Notes under the pieces: generated by a model | The model's database searches: none | Seen by the model: the letters and a program-made list of their open reading frames with translations, nothing else | What the model was told of the DNA's origin: nothing | Part shown: positions 7,545-15,908 of the stretch, piece after piece | Position numbering within the stretch: position 1 is the first letter of the stretch | Layout of the letters: every line of letters starts with the position of its first letter | Origin: Candidatus Brocadia sp. | GTDB taxonomy: Bacteria > Planctomycetota > Brocadiia > Brocadiales > Brocadiaceae | Assembly (NCBI GenBank): GCA_021650915.1 | Contig: CP091279.1 | Coordinates: 1,500,001 to 1,532,000, forward strand | DNA: 32,000 bases | Reading direction: 5' to 3' | Program-made: the position numbers and the translations under genes

Positions 7545-9169
7545 CCATATCCCTCTTCCTTGGTGCGGGCATTCTGGCCTTATTGGTATTGCTGCTGAGC
7601 ATCTTCAGCGAGGTTATTTATCAATTTTTCGGACGCGGTGAAAAACGTAAGCTCACCATCGTAAGCGATGATGAATACAAAAAGGAACTCGATATCGAAG
7701 GCGGTGAAAAACTGCTTTCACTCCTTCAGAACCGGGGCTTTAACATTCCTGCCGCCTGCGGCGGTATGGCGACCTGCGGCCAATGCAAGGTAAAACTCCG
7801 CACCGATGTCGGTACGTATAACGCGGTAGAAATCCCGCATTTTGACCTGCGTACAAGAGAGGCATCGAGAAAATTCTTAGAGGAGGGGGCGGGCGATGGA
7901 TATATACGGCTGGCATGCCAGGTCCGGGTTGACAAGGATGTAAGCCTGTATCTGCCAAAGGACACATTACACGTCAGAAAATACACCGCCCGGGTAATTA
8001 AGAAACGGGCGATTACCAGCGATAAAATGGAGATGTGGCTACAGCCATCAAGGCCGATTCAGTACAAACCAGGCCAATACATCCAGCTGGCAATCCCGGA
8101 AGATTTTGTGGAAGAGCATTATAAAAAATACGGGAATTTCATTAAAGAGGCATGTAAGACTCTGGGAAAAGAATTTATTCCCTATGTGCCCGGGACAACG
8201 TTGTACCGGGGCTACTCACTTGCATCCACGGAACCAGACATCCTGAAGCTCATCGTTCGCATGGCCCCTGCTCATCCGAGCATGTCAATAGAAAAAGGTG
8301 GACCTCCCTGCATAGGGCCTGCTTGTGTGCATACCTACCTTTTAGAAAGGAGTCTGTGGAATTTTTTCCGCGGTGAAAAGATACGTTTTACGGGACCGTA
8401 TGGCCATTTTACGCTGAAAGAAGAACCGCATACCGCGGTCTTTGTTGCCGGTGGCGCAGGCTTAGCGCCTATTTTAGCCCTTCTGGAACAATGGTTCCAG
8501 GAAGGCCGGCAGGATACAGCCATCTTTTTCCTGGGGGAAAGGCGATTCCAGGATATTCCCATGGTCTATTTGCCCAAGTGGCTGACCTGGCAGCAAAAAA
8601 ATCCTCAGTTTAAACTTGTGCCGGTACTTTCCGGCGCATTTCGCGGCGACAACCCCGCTGAATTGAATGATCTTGACAAGAACTGTCTTTCTTCGCTTTC
8701 CGTGGAGGCCAAACGCCTCGTGAAAGAACAGGGGTTTGTGGATGAGCAGGAAAATCATTGGAAGGGCGAAGTCGGTTTTATTGGACCCCTCCTGAGAAAG
8801 TATCTCTCGGCGGATCAGAATATTGTATTTTACCTCTGCGGGCCGTCACCCATGACCGTCACCGTCATCGATTCAGCAGCGAACCAGTTGAATCTGAAAA
8901 AAGAAGATGCCCTCTTTGACGATTTTACCGGCACGCTCACCCCTTCAGTCGATCTGATCTATCAAAAGCTTGAAATTAAAGAACTGCTGTATCGTGCATC
9001 TCTACCCAACGCCGATAAGCTCATTGAAAAGATTGGCCAAATCCTCATTATTCAACTGATACTCAAAGACAAGATCGAAGAAGGCTACCGCTTCCTTGAC
9101 CAGGTAAGGGAATCCCTGGGAAAGTCTGCACAGGAACTTGAATTGATGCTCTCCGCCTATAAGAGTTGA
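7541..9169 (+). CDS. nqrF: NqrF-like subunit (TM anchor, 2Fe-2S ferredoxin, FAD/NAD(P)H reductase) with a C-terminal extension
   Basis: N-terminal TM ISLFLGAGILALLVLLLSIF. CGGMATCGQCKV...LACQV (plant-type 2Fe-2S), YRGYSLAS (RxYS FAD motif), VFVAGGAGLAPILALL and YLCGPSPM (NAD-binding). 542 aa against roughly 400 aa that I recall for typical NqrF. Confidence 0.9.
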   Translation: MTISLFLGAGILALLVLLLSIFSEVIYQFFGRGEKRKLTIVSDDEYKKELDIEGGEKLLSLLQNRGFNIPAACGGMATCGQCKVKLRTDVGTYNAVEIPHFDLRTREASRKFLEEGAGDGYIRLACQVRVDKDVSLYLPKDTLHVRKYTARVIKKRAITSDKMEMWLQPSRPIQYKPGQYIQLAIPEDFVEEHYKKYGNFIKEACKTLGKEFIPYVPGTTLYRGYSLASTEPDILKLIVRMAPAHPSMSIEKGGPPCIGPACVHTYLLERSLWNFFRGEKIRFTGPYGHFTLKEEPHTAVFVAGGAGLAPILALLEQWFQEGRQDTAIFFLGERRFQDIPMVYLPKWLTWQQKNPQFKLVPVLSGAFRGDNPAELNDLDKNCLSSLSVEAKRLVKEQGFVDEQENHWKGEVGFIGPLLRKYLSADQNIVFYLCGPSPMTVTVIDSAANQLNLKKEDALFDDFTGTLTPSVDLIYQKLEIKELLYRASLPNADKLIEKIGQILIIQLILKDKIEEGYRFLDQVRESLGKSAQELELMLSAYKS

Positions 9170-9257
9170 TGTTAGGAGCAAACAGTTCCGATCATGCCCA
9201 ACCAGGAGCATCTTGCCTTGCTCATGCAAGGCAAGGGATACATGGAATGCCTGGTGA

Positions 9258-9440
9258 AAAGCGAATCCAGACACTGTTTCCATCCTCCGTAGTGTCCGAT
9301 TGGAAGGCCGCGATCTCTGCGGCTACGGCCTGCATGACGCCTACCTGCAATGCGCCCATCTTAGGAATGCAATCCTTGTTAATACCGACCTTCAAAACGC
9401 AACGCCCAATGGTGCTCAGGTCTTTGAGATTTCTGCCTGA
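9258..9440 (+). pseudogene. Pentapeptide-repeat protein remnant
   Basis: Hand translation of the frame from 9294 gives VRLEG RDLCG YGLHD AYLQC AHLRN AILVN TDLQN ATPNG AQVFE ISA*. That is 7-8 consecutive A(D/N)LXX-type pentads with the central Leu in register. An in-frame TGA at 9255-9257 lies upstream. There is no ATG or GTG and no SD; the only start is TTG at 9300. Confidence 0.5.
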
Positions 9441-9498
9441 GAAGTGAGGTTTCGAACCAACGGATGCTGTTTCGCTGGTCAGCCGCTGGTATATCACT

Positions 9499-12400
9499 AT
9501 GATAAAACCTATTGATAATGAATCGAGAGAAATTGCAGTATCCGAACGGGAGAGAAATATCGTTGTTATTGCCGGGGCCGGAACGGGGAAGACGACCCTC
9601 CTGGTAAATCGGGTGCTGCATGTGCTTCTGGGTCACAAACGGCTGCAGAAAGAAGAAAGCCCCATCCTCAGAATCGTAGCCATGACCTTTACGGAAAAAG
9701 CCGCCAGTGATATGAAGGTAAGGCTGATGGGCGAGTTGGAAAAGATTGTTGCCGTTATCAAGGGAAATGCCTCGCCAGAAGAACAGATAAAGAGAGAGAA
9801 ATTTCTCGCGCATATCCGCGATACATACCATACGACCCTTGCAGAGATTGAACGCCGCGCAAAAAAGTCTCTGGAGGATATGGACAAGGCACTGATCGGG
9901 ACGATTCACAGTTTTGCCGCCCATCTGTTGCGTCTCTATCCCCTCGAATCGGGCGTAGTGCCAGGATTTATCGTGGATGAAGGCGATGTATTTGAGGAAA
10001 TGTTTGACAAAGAATGGAGCAGATGGATTGCAGGCGAACTTACGCTGGATTCTTCCCGCGCGCACCTCTGGAAGGACGTATTGCGGCGATTAGACCTTGA
10101 ATGCATGAAGGAACTGGCAAAGAAGCTGTCTGCGTTTACCATTCCCCCGGATTCCCTTACGTCACCGGCAAACGATGCATCCATCGTCCAACCCCTGATC
10201 GATTTTCTTGCCCATAGAATTACGAAGATCGTGGCTTCCTGCGGGAAGCAGAAAAACAATCTTGTCCTGCAATTGAATGAGTTATCAAACATTTTCGATG
10301 GTATCAGGAAGCACGGTATTGACTACGTGAATACCCTGACATACGACCTTGACAAAGACCCCTCTAAGGCAAAAAAAGATTGGACGGAGGAAGGGTTTGC
10401 GGCAGCACAAAGACTCGTAAAGGAAAGTCATGGGATGTTAAAGAAACTCAGGGCCGTTGATCATGCCTTTCTTACCGCAGCGACAGACCTCATCCTGCCG
10501 TTTGCGAAGACCTTTCGGCAAACGTATCTGTCGCAGGGCTATGTCTCGTTTGACGGGCTTCTTACCCTTACCAGGGATTTATTGCAAAAGAAAGAGTGTC
10601 GCCACGTTCGTGAAAAGCTAAAGGACGATTTTCGGGTAATCCTTGTCGATGAGTTCCAGGATACCGACCCCGTCCAGTATGAAATCGTCCTCTTTCTTTC
10701 TGAGTCGCTGGAATACTACAGCACGGATGCACGGAAGGTTATCCTTGAGGAAGGCAAACTTTTCATCGTGGGCGATCCCAAGCAGTCTATTTATGCCTTT
10801 CGCAGGGCGGATATTGAGGCGTATGAATATGTGGTGAAGCAGGTGTGCGGACAGGATGAGCCATTGAAATTGCAGGAAAATTTCAGAAGTCATTCCGGTA
10901 TCATCGAGGTGGTAAATCAGCTCTTTGACGGAAGAATCATGGTGGAGCAGCCGGGCTTACAACCACGCTATATCCCGATCCATGCACAGAGACAAAAGAG
11001 ACACTCCTCTCAGAAAGTTGAGCTTGTGCTGGTTTCTGATATAGAAGGAAACGAACTGAGTGCAAATGAGGCCAGAGAGGCAGAGGCAGAGTGGATTGCA
11101 CGCTGGATTGCAAACCACGTGAACCGGGAAACCATGGAAGATCCCCTGGCTGCAAACGGGGTTCGTACGCTTGTTTTCCGGGACGTTGCCCTGCTGTTGC
11201 GCGCATTTACTCAGGTGAGGCCGTATGTTGAGGCGTTCAAACGATACGGCATCCCGTACATCGTGGAAGGGGAAAAATACTTCTATACCACCCAGGAAAT
11301 CCTCGATTTTATCAATCTTCTGCGCGTCATCGGAAATCCTCACGATCTGGTTGCGCTGGTGGGCGTACTACGCTCACCTCTCGCAGGCTTAACCGATCGT
11401 GAAATCTATGAACTTCGGGTACATCATTCACTGGATTACCGCAAAGGCGTCTTGGAAAAAATCCCTGAAGATTACGGAATAAAAGATACGGATTGTCATC
11501 CTCTTCAAACTCACAAGCAAGAAAAGGAAAAGCCAAATCTATCTGCTGAAGCAAAGGAAATCGCAGAATCTTTCTATGCTTTTTTACGAGAAATCCATGC
11601 CCGTGCCGGCATCATTCCCGTCTCTCAGCTAATCGCAGAGATCCTGGACAGCGCCCATATTGCCGAGATTACCGCAAGCGCCTGGCATGGCGAACAGAAG
11701 CTGGCCAACCTCTGGAAGCTCCATCGGATGGCTTGCGATATGGAAGAGTCGGCAGGTATTTCACTGCAAACCTTCGTTGGCCGTATCAAGACGCACATCA
11801 GGGAGGGGCGGGAAGAAGGTGAGAGCCCGCTTTCGGATGAGACGCTGGATGTCGTGAAAATCCTTACCATCCATAAGTCGAAGGGGCTGGAATTTCCCGT
11901 TATTATCCTCGGCAATCTGCACGGTGAAGTACGAAATGACCACGAGGTTTTGGACGGAGCGGTATTTGATTGGTCTACGTCTACAACCGGCATTGTGGTT
12001 GGACGGGGGAATCAACAGGTAAGGAATCTGCAAAGCATGGTGATCGAAAAGAAACTGAATGACCGGTCGTGGGAAGAAGAGAAACGCGTCCTGTATGTGG
12101 CCATGACCAGGGCCAGGGAACGGTTGATCCTTACGGGATCAGAAAAGGGAGATGATAAATCGTATATGGGAATGATCACCCAATCGGTGAAGGATGCCAC
12201 AGGCATGGAGCCTGGCAATGAAGATAAAACAGCAGATAAGGAAAAATCCCCCCTCCCCTTGCAGGAAAAGGCTGGGGTAATGGGCGTTTCTCAAGGAAAA
12301 TTCCCTTTAGGAAACGCAGAGATCTTTGTTGAGCATTTCAGATTTGATGGAATACGTCATCCACAAAAGGCAGTTAAGGAAAAGTTTTTGAATGCCGACT

Positions 12401-13299
12401 GGACGGCCTTTGTTGAAACATGGAAGAAGAGAGAAGCAGAAATGGCTGAGGCGCTGAAGAGGCCGCTCTTTGTCTCTCCAACGACAATAGCTGACGAAGA
12501 AGCAATGGAAAAAGACGGACCCATAGCACAGAGGAGCACCAGGAAAATTTCTCATTTTCAGCCTGGTACGTCCGAACAACCTCGACCGGAAAATTATCCG
12601 CTATCTCCTCCCAACGGCGGAGGGGATAGCGGAACGGTTATGGCAAAGAAAATTCAACCTGATACTGGGCAACCGTATCCAGGGCAATCAGCGGTAATCG
12701 GTTCCCTTTGCCACCGGGTACTGGAGGGATGGGATTTTCGCGGAGATTCCCAGAAACTGCAAAGCTCCGTCGAATCAGCCGTAGCATGGGCCATTGCCGT
12801 TCAGAAAAATGAGCTAAGGTCGCCTGATCAACCTTTCGGGCAAGACCTTCACTATCAAAAGGAAGGGGCTATGTCTTCTGAAGGCGAGGAAAGAGGGAAG
12901 ATTCCAGGGTTTCATAAAACGTCCTCTGGAGCGACGGTATTTCAGGATGCGGAATTGATAAAAGCAGAGGTAATAAAAATCTTGTCAGCCTTTCTTGCCT
13001 CAGAGACATACCGGGAGTTGCAGGCCGCACAAATCCTTGGACGTGAGATACCCATCCTGCTTCATTGGGATGGGCAGGTTATGAGGGGTACTATTGATAT
13101 CCTTTACAAGATGGGCGACCGTGTCATCATTGCTGATTATAAGACAGATCGCGTCACCATGACTGATCTGACTGCAAGGGCAGAAAAATACCGCTATCAG
13201 AAAGAAGTCTACGCGGAAGCCGTCAAACGCTGTCTAAAAGTAGACAATCCTGAGTTTAAAGTTATCTTCCTGAGAATTGGCATGGCGGTGTCGGTTTGA
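9499..13299 (+). CDS. UvrD/AddA-type superfamily-1 helicase fused to a PD-(D/E)XK (RecB-type) nuclease
   Basis: AGAGTGKTT (Walker A), VDEFQDTDPVQ (motif II), VGDPKQSIYAFRRAD (III), ENFRSHSGI (IV), IHKSKGLEFPVIIL (V), LYVAMTRARERLILTG (VI). C-terminal nuclease motif GTIDILYKMGDRVIIADYKTD plus YRYQKEVYAEAV. Confidence 0.9.
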   Translation: MIKPIDNESREIAVSERERNIVVIAGAGTGKTTLLVNRVLHVLLGHKRLQKEESPILRIVAMTFTEKAASDMKVRLMGELEKIVAVIKGNASPEEQIKREKFLAHIRDTYHTTLAEIERRAKKSLEDMDKALIGTIHSFAAHLLRLYPLESGVVPGFIVDEGDVFEEMFDKEWSRWIAGELTLDSSRAHLWKDVLRRLDLECMKELAKKLSAFTIPPDSLTSPANDASIVQPLIDFLAHRITKIVASCGKQKNNLVLQLNELSNIFDGIRKHGIDYVNTLTYDLDKDPSKAKKDWTEEGFAAAQRLVKESHGMLKKLRAVDHAFLTAATDLILPFAKTFRQTYLSQGYVSFDGLLTLTRDLLQKKECRHVREKLKDDFRVILVDEFQDTDPVQYEIVLFLSESLEYYSTDARKVILEEGKLFIVGDPKQSIYAFRRADIEAYEYVVKQVCGQDEPLKLQENFRSHSGIIEVVNQLFDGRIMVEQPGLQPRYIPIHAQRQKRHSSQKVELVLVSDIEGNELSANEAREAEAEWIARWIANHVNRETMEDPLAANGVRTLVFRDVALLLRAFTQVRPYVEAFKRYGIPYIVEGEKYFYTTQEILDFINLLRVIGNPHDLVALVGVLRSPLAGLTDREIYELRVHHSLDYRKGVLEKIPEDYGIKDTDCHPLQTHKQEKEKPNLSAEAKEIAESFYAFLREIHARAGIIPVSQLIAEILDSAHIAEITASAWHGEQKLANLWKLHRMACDMEESAGISLQTFVGRIKTHIREGREEGESPLSDETLDVVKILTIHKSKGLEFPVIILGNLHGEVRNDHEVLDGAVFDWSTSTTGIVVGRGNQQVRNLQSMVIEKKLNDRSWEEEKRVLYVAMTRARERLILTGSEKGDDKSYMGMITQSVKDATGMEPGNEDKTADKEKSPLPLQEKAGVMGVSQGKFPLGNAEIFVEHFRFDGIRHPQKAVKEKFLNADWTAFVETWKKREAEMAEALKRPLFVSPTTIADEEAMEKDGPIAQRSTRKISHFQPGTSEQPRPENYPLSPPNGGGDSGTVMAKKIQPDTGQPYPGQSAVIGSLCHRVLEGWDFRGDSQKLQSSVESAVAWAIAVQKNELRSPDQPFGQDLHYQKEGAMSSEGEERGKIPGFHKTSSGATVFQDAELIKAEVIKILSAFLASETYRELQAAQILGREIPILLHWDGQVMRGTIDILYKMGDRVIIADYKTDRVTMTDLTARAEKYRYQKEVYAEAVKRCLKVDNPEFKVIFLRIGMAVSV

Positions 13300-13388
13300 T
13301 TAATTTTCAATTCAGGATCTTCCCGTTTATCCTGTCTGGCCATAGGCAATTCTGCGCCTTAGCTCTGTAGAATTTATGTGCGGCGATA

Positions 13389-15905
13389 TCATTTTGTTGC
13401 GGTCTCTTCCAGTTTCTTTAAGCGCCGCAATTTCACCGCCTCGTCCTGGATACGGGTCAGGTTCCCCATCGTTTTGGCGGTGCCCCACCACCAGCTGATG
13501 TCCTGCTGGGCATGGGCGGTGCCTTTGTACCCCTGCAAATGGTTCCAGAACCACATCTCGACATACTCCTGTTCTACGCCGCTGGGATTCCCATCGTTTT
13601 GGCCAAATATGGCGTAGGCGCCCAGTACCGGCCCGATAACCGGGAGGTGGCCACTGGTCTTTTTGAAAAGGCTATACACTTCAGGACCCAATTCCTTCGG
13701 GCTCAACAGTTGAACAATTAAATCGCTTAAGGGAAACGGCGACCTTTGTTCCGGAGAGGGTGTAATCATATCTTTTGCAAAGAGCTCTTCTACCATGAGC
13801 TGCGCGTCATCGATGCGCCTCCATGATTCAAACATGTACTGATCCAGGGAATCAAGCCACATGCTGGCAAACCGGTTGCTATGGCATTTGGTGCACATTT
13901 CCACCCAAGAGCGGCGTTTTGCCTTGCTTTCCGGGGAATAGATTTCCAGTTTCTTGTCCATGGGCGGTATCGTTATTCCGTAGGGGAAATCTTTGATTCC
14001 CGATTTGAATTCAACTTCCTTCGGCGGAATAACGCCCATCCGCCATATCCCTTTCGTCTCGACATTCATCTCCCAGCGGCCATCCCCAACATACATGTGG
14101 CAGTACTGGCATGTTGGAGCAGGATAATCAACCCCGGGAATGACCTCAGAGAGTTTCTTGTCCCAATTCCATTTCTCCCCGGAGATTTGATAAATAATCC
14201 CCCACCGGGAATGTTGATAGCTTTCCCAATCCGGGTGGTCTGGTCCCATATGGCATCCGGAACACACCTCCGGGCGGCGGGCTTCGGCCACGGAAAAGAG
14301 ATGTTTGCCGTGACAGTCGTCACACGATGACATATTCTGGTGGCATTGGTCGCATCCGATCATCGAATACCGTTCACCGCGCCGGTAGTTTTCCACATAC
14401 CAGGGAACGGATACCGTAGCCTCCCAATTCTGGGGATGACTGGGTCTGCCATGATCTCTCCCCTTTGCGAATTCTTTCGCCTGCTGAGGATGGCACACTC
14501 CACAGGCATTATCAACGGTAGGCATGAATAATTTTTCATGATTATCCCCATGACAGTAGGAACAGTATACCCCATTCATTGTCCCCGGCTCCCAGTTGTT
14601 GAGCTCTTTGCCAATTAATTCCTCAATCTCCTGGGTCTCTGCTGATACTTCCCGGTTTTTTTTCGGATTGGCATGATTTGAGATCTTCCACTGAGCCACA
14701 ATTCCCGGCGTGGACTCTTCGTGACATTCGACACACTGCTCTGGCCGATATTTGCTCAGGAGTTCTTTATAAGTCACACTATCAGGCGGGATATAATGTC
14801 TCGCTGGATTAAAGTACATATAAAACGGTATCGGTTTATAAAATTCTCCCCACGGACCATCACCTTGCGCCAGACCAACAAAATCCTCATACATTTTCTT
14901 GAGGGATGCATCGGGGTATTCATATGAGCCTGGGGGTGCATTAAGGGTTGGAGCGCTCTTTACGTCAGAAGACATCCTGGGGTTCTCTTCTTTTTTTTCC
15001 ACAACAAAAATGCCAAACATACCATTCACCATGTGGTCATGAAAGTGGCAGTGGAACGCCCAATTTCCCGGCCCAACCCCTTCCCCTGCGGTAAAGTCAG
15101 CAATATGCGACGTAAACGGAGCCAATGAAACGTTGTCAATCAACGCTCCGCTTGCCTTGTCGACCCACCGGTGTCCGTGCGTATGAAAGGTATGCATCTC
15201 CTCAGAGGTATTAACCACATGAAACCGCACCTTTTCCCCTGCGGTTACCCTCCATACCAATCCGGGGAATGCGGAACGGTCACCGTTCATAAACTCAATA
15301 TCACCGGATTTATCATTAAACGCTTCATACTCAACGCCATTCACCCTGTATGAGTGCATGAAGACAACAAATTCCTTATCAGGAGGGCTTGGGTCGCCTT
15401 CTTTTGGCTCAATAATCAATGCGCCCCAGAGTCCGCGGGAAAGACCTTCATCTCCGCCCATCTCCAGGGCATGGGTGTGATAAAACCATGTGCCAGGCGT
15501 GCCGATGGTATCCCATACATACGTCATCGATTGTCCGGGTTCAACCGTGCTGGTAGGATTGCCTGCTATATGAGCGCCATCATTCGCAGCGGTATATTTC
15601 ACTCCATGAGGATGAAGCGAGGCGGGAACGGACAGCTTATTGGTAAAGTATACCCGTACCTTTGTCCCTTCCCGTACTTTTATGGTAGGCCCAGGCACCG
15701 TGGGATTTTCGCCTTTTCTGCAATACCCCCAGGCATCAAAAAATACGCCTGGTCTCAGCTCCAGCGCAACCGGACGCGCTTCCATTTCCAGGTGAACAAC
15801 GCCATCTCTTTCTGACAAACAGGGGATTTCGGCATCCACCCTGCATACCTGTAAGAAAAAGCTTGCCATGATTACCATGCCAAATGCTACCCGCTTGGCA
15901 ACCAT
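13389..15905 (-). CDS. Exported fusion: two-domain multicopper oxidase (NirK-related cupredoxin pair) plus octaheme hydroxylamine-oxidoreductase-like cytochrome c; putative encapsulin cargo
   Basis: Signal peptide MVAKRVAFGMVIMASFFLQVCRVDA. Cu motifs HPHG, YHTH, HTFHTHGH and HCHFHDHMVNGM. Eight CxxCH motifs follow: CVECH, CSYCH, CGVCH, CDQCH, CDDCH, CSGCH, CQYCH, CTKCH. The start lies 3 nt after the encapsulin stop, with GGAG 7 nt upstream. Confidence 0.95.
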   Translation of the reverse strand: MVAKRVAFGMVIMASFFLQVCRVDAEIPCLSERDGVVHLEMEARPVALELRPGVFFDAWGYCRKGENPTVPGPTIKVREGTKVRVYFTNKLSVPASLHPHGVKYTAANDGAHIAGNPTSTVEPGQSMTYVWDTIGTPGTWFYHTHALEMGGDEGLSRGLWGALIIEPKEGDPSPPDKEFVVFMHSYRVNGVEYEAFNDKSGDIEFMNGDRSAFPGLVWRVTAGEKVRFHVVNTSEEMHTFHTHGHRWVDKASGALIDNVSLAPFTSHIADFTAGEGVGPGNWAFHCHFHDHMVNGMFGIFVVEKKEENPRMSSDVKSAPTLNAPPGSYEYPDASLKKMYEDFVGLAQGDGPWGEFYKPIPFYMYFNPARHYIPPDSVTYKELLSKYRPEQCVECHEESTPGIVAQWKISNHANPKKNREVSAETQEIEELIGKELNNWEPGTMNGVYCSYCHGDNHEKLFMPTVDNACGVCHPQQAKEFAKGRDHGRPSHPQNWEATVSVPWYVENYRRGERYSMIGCDQCHQNMSSCDDCHGKHLFSVAEARRPEVCSGCHMGPDHPDWESYQHSRWGIIYQISGEKWNWDKKLSEVIPGVDYPAPTCQYCHMYVGDGRWEMNVETKGIWRMGVIPPKEVEFKSGIKDFPYGITIPPMDKKLEIYSPESKAKRRSWVEMCTKCHSNRFASMWLDSLDQYMFESWRRIDDAQLMVEELFAKDMITPSPEQRSPFPLSDLIVQLLSPKELGPEVYSLFKKTSGHLPVIGPVLGAYAIFGQNDGNPSGVEQEYVEMWFWNHLQGYKGTAHAQQDISWWWGTAKTMGNLTRIQDEAVKLRRLKKLEETATK

Positions 15906-15908
15906 GTC

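Noticed and set aside
9222-10065. Track ORFs 9222-9497 (-), 9379-10065 (-) and 9166-9447 (+)
   Set aside because: 9379-10065 is antisense to the well-supported helicase N-terminus. 9222-9497 shows a period-5 pattern only because it is the antisense shadow of the + strand pentapeptide-repeat frame. 9166-9447 is a different + frame with no family features.
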